Shown: positions 1 to 21,079 of the stretch, in pieces
Layout: each line of letters begins with the position of its first letter
Numbering within the stretch: position 1 is the first letter of the stretch
DNA from: the human T2T-CHM13v2.0 reference genome, Homo sapiens
DNA length: 64,000 bases
Reading direction: 5' to 3' (one strand)
Assembly: GCF_009914755.1 (NCBI RefSeq)
Contig: NC_060926.1
Notes under the pieces: model-generated
Told to the model about the DNA's origin: nothing
Databases searched by the model: none
What the model saw: only the letters and a program-made list of their open reading frames with translations
Made by a program: the position numbers and the translations under genes

Positions 1-410
1 CTTCAACACACCACGTCAGCATTGGACAGATCATCTAGACAGTAAATCAACATAGAAACATCAGATTTAAACTGCACTTTAGACCAAATAGACCTAACAG
101 ACACAGAGCATTTCATCCAGCAGCTGTAGAACACATATTCTTTTCATCAGCACATGGAACACTCTTCAGGATAGACCATATGTGCAGACACAAAACAAGT
201 CTCAACAATTTTTTCAAAATTGAAACTATATCAAGTATCTTTCCTGATCACAGTGAAATAAAACTATAAATCAATAACAAAAGGAACTTTGGAAACTGTA
301 TGAATACATGGAAATTAAACAACATGATTCTGAAGGACCAATGAGTCAATGAATTAAGAATAAAATTTAAAAATTTCTTGAAACAAATGAAATTAGAAAC
401 ACAACATACC

Positions 411-1343
<933 letters not shown>

Positions 1344-1593
1344 AGAAACACAGCATACCAAAAGCTATGGGATAAAGCAAAAGCAGTACTAAGAGGGAAA
1401 TTTATAGCAATAAATGCTGACATCAAAAACAAAAGAAAGATTTTAAATAAACAACCTAATGATGCACTTCAAGGAACTAGAAAAGATAGAACAAACCAAA
1501 TTAGCAGAAGGAAATTAGTAGAAGGAAAAAAATAATAAAGATCAGAGCAAAAACAAAACAAAATAGAGACTAAAATATATATATGAAAGATCA

Positions 1594-1887
<294 letters not shown>

Positions 1888-2339
1888 TCAATAAAAAGAA
1901 AAGTTGGTTTTTTGAAAAGATAAACTAAATTACCAAACCATTAGCTAGGCTAATTTAAAAAAGGACAGAAAACCCAAATAAATAAATCAGAAGTGAAAAG
2001 GGAGACATTACAACTGATACCACAGAAATACAATGAATCATTAGAGATTATGAAGAACTGTATGCCAAGAAATTGACAAACCTAAAATAAATGGACATAT
2101 TTCTAGACACATATAACCCACCAGAATTATACCGAAAGAAATAAAAAGCATGACCAGACCAATAATAGGCAATTAAATTAAATCAGTAATAAATAAAAGT
2201 CTCACAAAAAGAAAAGCTCAGGGCCAGATAGTTTCACCGCTGAATTCTACCAAACTTTTAAAGAACTCGCTCCAATTCTTCTTAAACTCTTCCCAAAAAT
2301 TGAAAGACAGGGAATTCCAAATTCATTTCACAAAGCCAG

Positions 2340-2969
2340 TATAAACCAAAAAAGTGTCTGAGACAGGCCTCAATCGATTTAGAAGTTTATTTTGCTAAGG
2401 TCGAGGATATACCCAGGAAAAAGAGACACAGTCACAGTAGAATTTGGGGCCTACACTTTTTCCAAAGTGGGTTTTGAGGGCTTCAATATTTAAAGTGGAA
2501 AAACTAGGCAGGAGGAAAAAGATGAAAGAAAAAGAAGAGGGAGGATATACGGTGAAGTAAGTGGTCACATTCTTATGAGGCTTTGACCAGCACTCACTGA
2601 ATCCACATGTTGCACATAATAGGAGGGAGTAAAGGAACAGTCAATTATGTATTTGTCTTGTGCTCAGTAAATCTTCATTTTACGTAAGATAAAGTAAACA
2701 TAGAGAAAGAAGTCAAATATGCATTTATCTCAGAGTAGGTAGGGGGATGATTTCTAGCCTTGCCTTATCCTATACTCATAAACATAAGCTGTTAATTTAC
2801 ATTATCAGGGTGAGAGAGGCCACCTGAGGAGATGCATGCCCTTCTATCTTTCAGCTGTTGCTTTAAGAACAAGAAGAAAGGCAGTTTTTTGCTTGACTCA
2901 GTTTCCAAGCTTAACTCTTCCCTTTGGCATAGTGAGTTTGAGGTCTCAAGATTTTATTTTCTTGTCACA
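2340..2969 (-). mobile_element. Solo LTR, MER4-group (ERV1)
   Basis: Minus strand starts TGTGACAAGAAAATAAAATCTTGAGACCTCAAACTCACTATGCCAAAGGG. A 4-bp TSD CCAG (2336-2339, 2970-2973) interrupts L1 ORF2. Confidence 0.8.
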
Positions 2970-3198
2970 CCAGCATTACCCTGACACCAAAACCAGAAAA
3001 AGACACAGCAAAAAAGAAAAGTACAGGCAACCCTCAATAAAATACTAGCATATCAAATCCAACAGAACATCAAAAAGATTATACACCATGGCCTACAGGG
3101 ATTTATTCTAAGGATGCAAGAATATTTCAAGACATACCAGTCAATAAATGTGACATATCACATCAATAGAAACAATAACATAACAAAGACGATAACTT

Positions 3199-3494
3199 GG
3201 CTGGGCATGGTGGCTCACGCCTGTAAACCCCGCACTTTGGGAGGCCAAGGCAGGTGGATTGCTTGAGCTCAAGAGTTGGAGACCAGCCTGGCAATAGGGT
3301 AAAAACCCATTTCTAAAAAAAAAAAAAATACAAGAATTGGCCAGGTGTGGTGGTGCATGCCTGTAGTCCCAGCTGTTTGGGAGGCTGAGGAGGGAGGATC
3401 ACTTAAGCCTTCAGTGAGCCGAGATTGCACCACTGCACTCCAGCCTGGACGACAGAGCCAGAACCTGACTCAAAAAAACAAAGTAACAAAGAAA
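3199..3494 (+). mobile_element. AluJ-like
   Basis: GGATTGCTTGAGCTC and GGAGGATCACTT J-type diagnostics; A-rich tail. Confidence 0.85.
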
Positions 3495-3814
3495 AGGTAA
3501 TTCAATATTCAATATATGCAGTAAAAGCATGTGATAAAATTCAATATCCCTTCAAGATAAAAACTCTCAACAAATTACTATAGAAGAAACATACCTCAAC
3601 ATAATAAAAGCCATAGATGACAAACCCCCACAGCCAATGTCATACCGAAGAGCAAAAAGCTGAAAACCTCTCCTCTAAGAACTGGAACAAGACAAGGATG
3701 CCCACTTTTACCACTCTTACTCAGATAGCACCGTAAGTCTTAGCCAGAGCAATTAGACAAGAGAAAGAAATCAATGCATCCAAGTTGGAAAAGAGGAAGT
3801 CAAATTGTCCCTGT

Positions 3815-4612
3815 TTGGTTTTCATCCACTGTTTCTGGATCATAATTCCCATACTCCTTGATACAGTCTTTTGTTATAAGGTTGGGGGCATTAGGCCTCA
3901 AGGACAGGCCTCTGACATTCTCCTGCCCTCCTTTCACTCTAATGTTCCCCTGCCTTTCTGATTGTGAGTCTCCAGGGGGTCTCACCCTATACCTCTGGGG
4001 GAAGAATGCTGCTGCCTTGAAACTTCCATAAAAATCCAAGAGGACAGGGTTCAGTGAGCTTCCTGATAGCCGAACACATGGAAGCCGACAGGAAGGTGAA
4101 GAAAAACTCGCCCACGTGCTGGGAGGGTGGCGCACTCCAGCTCCACAGGATCAGAAGCTCCTGCATTTGGGACCCTTGCAGATCTCATCCTATATATCTC
4201 TTCATCTGGTTATCTGCATCCTTTAAAATATACTTCTTAGTATAACAGTAAATGTAAGCGTTTGAGTTCTGGGAGCCACTCTAACAAATTAATTAAATCC
4301 AAAGAGGGTGTTGTGGGAACCCCAACTTGAAGGCAATCAGTCAGAAGTTCCAGAGGCCTGGACTTGGGACCGGTGGGTGAGGGGAAGGAGAGAATAGGCT
4401 TGGGGACTGAGTCCTTAACCTGTGGGATCTGGCACTCTCTCCATGTAAATAGTGTTAGAATGGAATTGAAGAACATTCAGCTGGTGTCTGCTGCTTGGTT
4501 GCGGGGAAAGATCCCCATACATCTGGTCATAGAAGTTTTCTTCTGTGTAGATGATTGTTGAGATGGGAGAGTAGAGGAAAACATGATTTGAGGAGAGATT
4601 TTTCCCCATGCA
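3815..4612 (+). mobile_element. LTR, MER21A-like
   Basis: TTGGTTTTCATCCACTGTTTCTGGATCATAATTCCCATA...ACAGTCTTTTGTTATAA and CTGTGGGATCTGGCACT match the recalled MER21A consensus. Confidence 0.7.
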
Positions 4613-4625
4613 TATGAAGAAAAAC

Positions 4626-4851
4626 TTTCTCTGCTGAATTCTACCAAATTTTCAAAGAACTCACTCCGATTCTTCTCAAACTCCTCCAAAAAATTGAAAG
4701 AGAAGGAATTCTAAATTCATTTCACAAAGCAAGCATACACCAAAAAAGTGTCTGAGACAGGTCTCAATCAATTTAGAAGTTTATTTTGCCAAGGTCGAAG
4801 ATGTACCTAGGAAAAAGAGACGCAGTCATGGTAGGATTTGGAGCCTACACT
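4626..4851 (+). repeat. Dispersed 226-bp duplicate of 2232-2457 (L1/MER4 junction)
   Basis: Gap-free alignment to 2232-2457 with about 26 mismatches by hand count (about 88% identity), including the L1-to-LTR junction. Confidence 0.9.
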
Positions 4852-6286
4852 ACTTTTTGGTAGTCTTAGAACTGATAAACAAATTCAGTAAAGTTGAGAA
4901 TGTAAAATCAGCATACAAAAATTAGTAGCATTTCTATGCACCAATAACAAACTTTCTGAAAATGAAATCAAGAAAGCAATTGTATTTTAAAAGGCGACCA
5001 AAAAAAAAAAATGCCTAGGAATAAATTTAACCAAGGAGGTGAAAGACCTTTACAATGAAAACAATAAAAGACTGATGAAAAAAATTGAAGAGGACCTAAA
5101 AATGAAAAGACATTCCATGTTCATGGGTTGGAAGAATTAATATTGTTAAAATGACCACACTATTCCAAATGATCTACAGATTAAGTGCAATCTCTATCAA
5201 AATATCAATGATATTCTTTGCAGAAATAAAAACAATCCTAAAATTCATATGGAACCACAAAAGACTTGGACTAGCCAAAGCAAACCTGAGAAAAAGAACC
5301 AAGCTGGAGGCATCACACTACCTGACCTCAAAATATAGTACAAGATAGTAACCAGAAAAGCACAGTACTGGCATAAAAACAGGTACATAGACTACTGAAA
5401 CAGAATAGAGAACCCAGAAATAAATACATGTATCTACAGCCAACTGATTTTCAACAAAGACATCAAGAATATACATTGGCAAAAGGACAGCCTCTTCAAT
5501 AAGTGGTAATGAGAAAACTGGATATCCATATGCAGAAGAATAAAACTAGACCCCTATCTCTCACCATATACAAAAATAAACTCAAATGGATTACAGACTT
5601 AAATGCAAGACCCAAAACTATAAAACTACCAGAAGAAAACATAAGGAAAATGCTTAGGTCATTGATCTAGGCAAATATTTTATGGATGAGAACACAAAAG
5701 CACAGGCAACAACGAAAAAATAGACAAATGGGATTATATCAAACTCAAAAGCCTCTGCACAGCAAAGGAAACAATCAACAGAGTAAAGAGTCAACTTGCA
5801 GAATGGAAGAAACTATTTACAAACTACTCATTTGACAAGGGATTAACATCCAGAATAAACAAAGAACTCAAATAACTCAACAGCAAATAAAACACAACAA
5901 AAAATAACCCTGTTTTTTTTAAATGGGCAAATGATCTAAGTAGGCATTTTTCAAAAGATCTACAAATGGCCAACAAGTATAAGAAAAAAATGCTTAATAT
6001 CACTAACCATCAGGGAAATGAAAATCTAAACTGCAATGAGATTTCATTTCATCCCAATCAGAATAGCTATTATCAAAAAGACAAAAAATAACAAATACTG
6101 GAGAGGATGCAGATTAAAGGGAATTCTTACACACTGTTGGTGGATATGTAAATTAGTACAGCCGCTATGGAAAACAGTATGGAGGTTCCTCAAAAAACTA
6201 AAAATTAAGCTACCATATGATCCAGCAATCCCACTACTCGATATACATCCAAAGGAAAGAAAATCAGTATGTTAAAGAGATATCTG

Positions 6287-8627
<2,341 letters not shown>

Positions 8628-9913
8628 GATCTGCATTCCTGTGTTTATTGCAGCACTATTCATGATGGCCAAGATATGATATCAACCTAAGTGCTCACCA
8701 ACAAATTAATGGATAAATAAAATGTGGTCTATAACCACAATGAAAAATAAAAATAAAAAATAAAATTCTGTCATTTACAGCAACATGAATGAACCTAGAG
8801 GATTTTGTGTTAACTGAAATAAGCCAGGCACAGAAAGATAAATACCACATGTTCTCACTTATAAGTGGAAGAATAAAAAGTTGAGCTCATAGAAGCAAAG
8901 AGTAGAATAGTGGTTACTAAAGGCTGGGAAAGGCAGGGAGGTGGGGAGAATAGGGGGAGGTTAGCTAATGGACAAAAAATTGCAGCTGGATAGGAGGAAA
9001 AAGTTCTAATGTTCTGTAGCATTGTAGGGTGACTATAGTTAACAATAATTTATTATGTATTTTTAATAGCTAGAACAGAGGATTTTGAATGTTCCTACCA
9101 CAAGGAAATTATAAATGTTTGAGGTGATTGATATGTTAATTATCCTGATTTGAGCATCACACTTTGTATACATGTATCAAAATATCATACTGTGCCCCAA
9201 AAATCTGTGAAATTATTATGTGTCAGTTAAAAACAAAAAAAGAAAAAATCCATTCACCATATATATGAGACCTTTTTCTGACTCTCGATTCTATTTCATT
9301 GGATATGTCTGTCCTTATGCCAGTGCCTTCTGTTTTAATTACTGTAGCTTTGTAGTAAGTTTTGAAATCAGAAAGTGTGAGTCTTCCAACTCTATTCTTC
9401 CTTATCAAGATTGTTTTGGCTATTCAGGGTCACTTTCAATTCTATGTAAATTTGAGGATCAGCTTCCTCATTTGTGGAAAAGAAAAGGCTGTTGGAATTT
9501 TAGAAGAGATTGTGTTGAATTTGCTGATCATTTTCAGTAGTATTGACATCTTAACAGTGGTAAGTCTTCCTATCCACAGACACAGAATGTATTTTCAATT
9601 ACTTTGATCTTTTTAATTTTTTGTAGTTTTTATCTTTTATAGTTTTCAGTGTATCAATCTTTCACCTCTTCAGTTAGATTTATTTCTAAGTATTTAATTT
9701 TTTAGATGCTATTGTAAATGGAATTTCTTCTTAATTTCCTTCTAGTGTATAGAAAACAATTTGTTTTTGTGTGCTGATTTTGTACACTGCAACTTTGCTG
9801 AATTCATTCATTAGCTCTGAGTTTTCTTGTGGATTCTGTGGGGTTTTGTATACAAAGAATTATGTCATCTACACACAGAAATAGTTTCACCTATTCCTTT
9901 AGATTTGGATGAC

Positions 9914-10454
<541 letters not shown>

Positions 10455-10535
10455 TGAATATAATGTTAGCTGTAAGTTTTCCAGAAACACACTCTATCAT
10501 GTTGAGAAATTTTCCCTCTGTTCCTAATTTGCTGA

Positions 10536-10866
<331 letters not shown>

Positions 10867-11059
10867 GAGAGTTTTTATTATGAAAGGATGTTAAAATTCC
10901 TCAAATGCTTTTTCCATGTCAATTGAGATGATAATGTGATTTTTTTTCCTTTGTTCAAATAATGTGATGTACTACATTGATTAATTTTCTTCTGTTGAAA
11001 CGTCCTTGCATTCATGGTAAAATCCCATTCAATTGTGAATAATCCTTATAGTATACTGA

Positions 11060-11388
<329 letters not shown>

Positions 11389-11840
11389 TAATATTTGTTA
11401 AGGATTTTCCATCTATATTTATAAGCAATGTTAGTCTGCAATTTTCTTTTCTTGCAATATCATCTGGCTTTAATAGCAAGGTAATGCTGGTTTCACAGAA
11501 TGCATAGCAAGTGTTCCTTGCTATCCCCAAAACTTCAATTTTTTTGGATTTTCTGAGAAATAATTTGTGTCAATTTCTCTTTCTTTAGTAGAATTCACCT
11601 GTGAAGCCATCTGATTCAGGACTTTTCTTTTGGGGAAGTTTTTTCTTAATTATGTTTACAATCACTTTGTTATAGAACTGTTGAGATTTTCTATTTCTTC
11701 TGTCAACCTACATAATTTCTATGTTTCAATAAATTTCTTCATTTCATCTAGGTTGTCTATTTTTTCATCTATTTTTCTATTCTCTTTTAATCCATTATTT
11801 CTGTAAAATCAGTGGTAATGTCTCCATTTTTACTTTTATT

Positions 11841-12778
11841 ATTATTTTTTGCATGTTTAGAGCTTTATCATCAGTCTATGCATAACTAAAGTTCAAGGCA
11901 AATTTAATTTTGCTTAAGGGAACATTGTAAAGTAACAATTCTTGGTATTACATGCCTCACATGATCCATTTCAAACCATAGAGAATTATACCTTTGTGTC
12001 ACTGTTTCAAGAGACAAACACATTTGAACAGCTAAAACATCTTAAAAATGCACCAAGCTTATGAAGTCTCAAACAAAACTTGAATTTTCTGTACATACTC
12101 CTGTCAAATGAAGTAATTTCTTGTACACCAATTCTCTTGCCAACTAGTCTTCTTTTTATTTATTTATTTATTTTTTTATTTGACCTAGATCGGCTACGAG
12201 ACCTAGAGAAGGATCTGGACGGCTTGTGATTTCCCTCCCAAGACAGAGATCTCTCTCTTCTCCTATCTCTAGAAAGGGACCTGCTCCGGCTGCGAGAGAG
12301 GCTTCTTCTTGGAGATCTACGACGAGGTGGAAGACTCCTCCTATGATAATCATCTCAAGGACGATGACCCCAAGAGGGAGGTGGGCTACGATTTCTACTT
12401 CTTTTATCACCATTCGACAGTTCCACTCTTACACAGCGGCCACATAGTGTTCTTCCATCTAGTTCTCAGACCACATCAGCTGCATCTCGGGGATCTTCAA
12501 ATTCAACAAAAGCAAAGCCGCGAGGGTTTCTAGCAACCCACACACTTTGGAGTGGTCCATACTAGCCAAAAGCCCGTTCCAGTTCGGTCTTGTTGCCATT
12601 GTTTCCAAGATTGCCTACATAAACCTTACAGTCCAATGGACAGGAATCACGATGCATTTCGACATCTAGGATAAAAAATGCGGAGGCTCAAATCCATACG
12701 CTCCGATGGGTCTTCCCGCTTTCCTCCGGCCCAGTACCCAGCGATGCTCTTGCTCACCCGGCGTCCACGAAATGGCAG
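11841..12778 (-). pseudogene. SRSF3: Processed pseudogene of SRSF3 (SRp20)
   Basis: Minus-strand ATG at 12657: [35 protein letters not shown]...[14 protein letters not shown], followed by the RS domain. Stops at codons 32, 64 and 101. 5' UTR GCCATTTCGTGGACGCCGGGTGAG; no introns; 18-bp TSD TCCATTTTTA(C/T)TTTTATT at 11823-11840 and 12779-12796. Confidence 0.95.
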
Positions 12779-14449
12779 TCCATTTTTATTTTTATTTAAG
12801 TCATTTGCATCTTTTCTCTTTTGTTTTTTGTCAGTCTAGATAGAAGTTTGTCAATTTTGTTTCTCTTTCCCAATCAATTATTTATTGATTTTTTTCTATC
12901 GTTTATTGTCTCTACTTTTTAAAAATCTCTGCTCTAATCTTTATTACTGTCTTATTTCTGCTATCTTTGGGTTTCGTTTGCTCTTCATTTTCTAGTTCCT
13001 TACGATATAAAGTTGAGTTATTGATTTGAGATCTTTTGTAATATAGACATTTACAGCTGTCAACTTCCCTCTTAGCCCTGCTTTTTTGTTGCATCTCATA
13101 AGTTTTGATATATTGTGTTTTTATTTTCATTTATCTCAAGATACAAATATTCTTTGTGGTTTCTTCTTTGATGCATTAGTTTTGTGAGAGTGCATTGTTT
13201 AATTTCCACGTATTTGTGAATTTTCTGGTGTTTCTTCAGTTATTGATTTCTGACTTCATACCATTGTGGTTAGAGAGGATACTTTGTGTGATATCTATAC
13301 TTTTTAATCTATTAAAACATGTTTATGGTGGTCTATCCTAGAGAACATCCCGTGTGTGCTTCAGAACAATGTGCATTCTATTGTTATTGGGCTGAGTGTT
13401 CTGTATATGTCTGTTAGGGCTAGTTGGTTTATTTTGTCGTTCAAGTCCTCTAATTTCTTATCTTCTCTCTGGTTGTTTTATCCATTATTGAAAGTGGAAT
13501 ATTGAATTCTCAAACTATTACTCTAGGATTGCCTGTTACAATTCTGTCGTTTTTGCTTCATATATTTTTGTTATTAGGTATGTAAATATTTATACTTGCT
13601 ATATTTTTTTTCTGTTTTAAACCTCTTATTAATGTCCTTCTTTGTCTCTTGTAACCTTTGTGGATTTAGAATCTATTTTATCTGATATTACTATAGCCAC
13701 CTCAGCTCTCTTTTGGTTACTATTTGCATGAAATATTTTTTACCATCCTTTCACTTTCAACCTATTAGTGTCTTTTGTCCTAAAGTGAGTCTCCTGTAGA
13801 TAATAATTAGATCCTGTTTTTCTGTATCCATTTTCCGCATCTCTGTCTTTCAATTAGAGAACTTAATCCATTTATACTTAAAGTATTTACTGATAAGGAG
13901 TAAATATTATTGCCATTTTGTTATTTTTTTTCTATTTGCCATTTCTTTATTGTCCCCTTTTTCTTCCATCATTGCCTGTTTTGTGTTTAGCTGACTTTTT
14001 TCAGGGAAAAATTTTTATTTTCTTCTTATTTCCTTTTGAGTATATTGTATAGATATTTTCTTTCTAGTTACCATGAGGATTATATTTAACTTATTAAAGC
14101 TACAACATTCTATTTTGAATCTACACCAACTTAACTTCAGTAGCATACAAAAACTCTGCTGCATGCATCTTTGTCTTCTGCTTTTTGTTATTGATGTCCC
14201 AAATTACATCGCTATATATTGTGTGCCCAATAAATAGGTTAATACTTGTTTTTTGCATTTGTCTTTTTAAAGTGCAGAAAATTATTAATAAAAATGGAAT
14301 TATAAGTGAAAATTACAATAATACTACCTTATAATTGCCCATGTATTTATCTTTACCAGAGATCTTCATTTTTTTCATATGGCTTCGAGTTAATTCAAAT
14401 ATAGATGTATTTATTTAAGGCATGTTTCCTACCACCAGCACTGGGCACA

Positions 14450-15251
14450 TGTTCAGATTGGCAATCAGATCCATAAGTCTCAATGGCTTTAATTTAGCAC
14501 TGCATTTACTTAGCTGTACAGAGAATGAAGAACAGAAAATACAGTATACCCAACATCTTACAGCTCACTGGGAGGCCCAGCAGTACCCATGCACATAGTT
14601 TCTCATCCCTTCACTCACCCACATGCAGAGCGTGCACAGTGACTAGAGATGAGACGAAGAGCCAGGCGTGGTGGCTCACACCTTTAATCCCAGCTCTTTG
14701 GGAGGTCAAGGAGGGCAGATCATGAGGCCAGGAGTTTGAGACCAGCCTGGCCAACATGACGAAACCTCGTCTCTACTAAAAACCAAAAATTAGCCGGGTG
14801 CAGTAGCACGCACCTGTAGTCCCAGCTACTTAGGAGGCTGAGACAGGATAATCACTTGAAACCAGGAGGCGGAGGTTGCAGTGAACGGAGACCACGCCAT
14901 TGCACTTCAGCCTGGGCTACAGAGCAAGACTCCATCTCAAAAACAAAAACAAAAACAAAAACAAAAGAGGTGAAGGTGTATGTGGTTCATATTGACAGAG
15001 GGAAGTCCCCGCCTTGGTTTCCCATGAGTCTTTTATATTCTCCTTGTGATGAAGGCTCCAGGCTTGTGTGCATTCCCAGGGCAGGAACAGTTACAGACCA
15101 AGGGCTTCACAGTAAACAAAGTAGGTGACCAGTTCCCAACATACATTATTCCACATTGAACTTGATACATTTCCAAGGAAACAGTGTTGTGAGAAGGCGG
15201 CCTAGGTCTGTCCAGGATCTAGGCCCACAATTAATTAATACTTTACTCACA
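14450..15251 (-). mobile_element. Possible ancient solo LTR (family not recognised), interrupted by an AluS at 14661-14965
   Basis: On the minus strand: TG...CA termini, TATAAAAG, then ATTAAA about 35 nt before the 3' CA; about 490 bp without the Alu. Only a weak TSD (GCACA/GCATT). Confidence 0.35.
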
Positions 15252-15288
15252 GCATTCAAAAGGGAAAAAAGAATAATATATACACGTA

Positions 15289-16320
<1,032 letters not shown>

Positions 16321-16709
16321 AACAATAGCAATTCCTCTGTGCATCCTTCCCCTCTTCACCCCTCCAGGTCTGCCTTCGATTTGAAATTTATCTTCTGCTG
16401 CATTATTTTAGTGTTAAACAAGTTTACATCACTGACAATATACTTTAATGTAAGCAAAATATATGTAGCGATAAACAGATGACAATTTAGTGACCTCTAC
16501 ATGTGTAACAGATAAAAAAAAAAACTGCAACAACAAGCAGTCCTCTCTTCTACACTTCCCACATCCATCTGCCAGCCAGAAAATCTTCAGATATCCATAT
16601 ATATTCTGACAGTTTAAAAATAAATAAATAGTTATCAATACCAGTACTACGCTTTCAGCTTTTTCATCATATGTCATACAGGGTACCTGTCACCTAGAAA
16701 ATTGAGCTA

Positions 16710-16889
<180 letters not shown>

Positions 16890-17032
16890 TCATTAATAAA
16901 CACACCACCTGTTTTAACACACAGTCAACTTAACTATCAGATTGGCAAAAATACTTACAAATCCCAGAACTCGCCATTGGCACAAGAGTAAGGAAAATAG
17001 CCTCTTGGTGAAGGCTTTCTGGAAGGTAGACT

Positions 17033-17058
17033 GTGTGTGTGTGTGTGTGTGTACACAC
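17033..17058. repeat. (TG)n microsatellite
   Basis: About 10 TG units followed by ACACACA. Confidence 0.9.
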
Positions 17059-17316
17059 ATATATAATTATATAGAGTTATATAATTACATCTGTTAATAT
17101 TTAATGTATGTATTCATTTGAGCCAACAATGCCACAGTTAGGAATTTCTCCTCTGGAAATATCCAAACAAGTGTCAATGCCTGACGCTCACGGCAGGACC
17201 GTTAATCTAGTAGTAAATGGGACCCAGCCTACATGTCCCTCAGTTGGGGTTAATTAAACATATTGTAGTTCATCCATTCAATAAACTCTCATTCGGTCAT
17301 TAAAAATGTCTGTGTC

Positions 17317-17626
<310 letters not shown>

Positions 17627-17653
17627 TCAAACTGTATATACTGACATGAATAG

Positions 17654-18140
<487 letters not shown>

Positions 18141-18394
18141 TGAGTGGCTGGGTAATAAGTGATTTTTTTCTGTATTTTCTGAAATGTTTACAGTGAACAT
18201 GGATTATCGTTATTAAAATAAAGCCACAGAACAAAGAAATAAATAATATTACAATAAGTATTTGATTAAGGATACTTCCTTTTAAAGATATGAGATATAT
18301 ATTTCTTAGAACTTCACAGGTACTTATTTTTGTGATATATTATATACAATATTAACCAGTACTTTGACGAGGGGTATAGAAGTTATTTTGACTA

Positions 18395-18669
<275 letters not shown>

Positions 18670-19344
18670 TTACTTTGACTAAATTTAGTGTTACTGACTG
18701 AAATTTGGACATAATCCACTACTACATCTTTTATTCAATAGCAACCATATCCATGAATCTTAAAGCCCTTCACTGCCATAATAAATAAATCTCCACATTA
18801 TTCCCTCACAGGGAAGATAAAGAAATGCTGTCGTGATTTGGGGAGCGTTCAGTCTGAGAGGCGGGATGACTAGACCTGGCTGGTGGGAGGGTCCTGGCCC
18901 TTCTCCTCCATCATCGACACATCCAGGGTTTGCGGGCAAGACCCCTGGGCTTGGATTTTAATTCTTTGTTCATAAAATAATGGAAATAATCCTTCCCATT
19001 CCTTTCCTCACAAAGGTGTTGAAGGGGTCTTAGTGGCTTGAATGAAGGTGCCATTTCAACGTATTCAACACTGGGCTTTGTCATTGGAAGTACATCAAGG
19101 TTAGTACTGGCAATTGGCTCCAACTGTGAAACTCACAAAGTGGGCCTTTTCCCTCACATCACTTCACCATTTTTGTCCCTGAATCCGATCATAATTCTAC
19201 CTGAAACCTCAGTGCTGAATGAGGGGCTTTCCAAAATACACAGTGAACAACTCAAATCTCCATATTCTTGCCTGTTTCTTGGAGACAGCCCTGATAATTA
19301 GCTGATCTCTGTCTGAGGTGCTAAAAACCTTCAGCCTGAAACAC

Positions 19345-19677
<333 letters not shown>

Positions 19678-20053
19678 TAACAATTTTGGGTTGTGAATTA
19701 TGACCAGAACATCCACAGTGAAAATGCATGTTTCTTGGCAGTGAGCATATTGGAAGTGTAGATTAAGGAGAGAGGGGAGACACAGTAGCCAAGAGCAGGC
19801 CCAGGTGGAAGAAGGGGAGCAGGGAGGATGAGGGAACAGAAGACAGGGAAAGGAGGGCTGTGTCACACTGAGTGGGCTCCTTCTGCCAGAGCCTGCCACA
19901 CTTTGTGTACACCTCCTGCAGCCTGCGTCCTCCCTGCATTCTGTACAGGGCTTTGGTATCTATTTAGGTACCTAAAATGAAATAAAAAAGAGTCTTTTTA
20001 AAGAGTTGGCCCAATGTATGTACTGAGGGACAAGTAGGAGAATTTTTCTGTAG

Positions 20054-20434
<381 letters not shown>

Positions 20435-21079
20435 TGAATTTCCCTGGAGTCTTCGCTTGCCTCAAGCCAGCACTTCACCTGTTTCTGTGTTCTGGGATCT
20501 TGGTATTGTACTCCCTCTTGGGGTTTTCTGAGTGTAACCAGTTATCCTATTTTCTAACTACAACAATCATAAACCAGGGAAGCATTTCCTAAATGAAATA
20601 CTGTCAGAATATTCACTCTTTGGCCTCAGTCTATTACCACTCGATCCAACTACATCCACCCATTTTCCTCTGGAAAGTTAAGTATCAAAGGCAGAACAAT
20701 GCTTCCCCAGCAGGATGGGTCATGTTCCTGGATTATAAGACCTGGGCAGGGCAGGACACTGGTTTCCAATATCTCAGGCATCCTCTTGCTAAGGCCCTGT
20801 CTAATCTTTGCAGTGCCTGCTTGGAGAAAGCCCCAGTCCCAAGCCCAGCCCAGCTGTCCTCAGCAGAGGGACACAGCTCCACCTCCATCCCAGCCCTCTG
20901 CCTCTGCAAGGCTTCCCCTGGCATGAAGTGACAGGAATAGGACAGGACGTGCTTGAACTTGAGAAAATTCCTCGTGTGTCTAAAGACTAGTGATGCTGAG
21001 TGCTGCAGGCCAGGAGGTCAGAGGATAAGACCCATGGGAGCCCAGATGAGCAGCACCTTCTCCCCATCAGGTGTGGGTG

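Noticed and set aside
5151-6275. L1 ORF2-like ORFs as an active retrotransposon
   Set aside because: Short remnants of an old L1 with many stops and nested insertions.
12168-12533. ORFs 12168..12413, 12226..12447 and 12309..12533
   Set aside because: Off-frame or antisense readings of the SRSF3 pseudogene.
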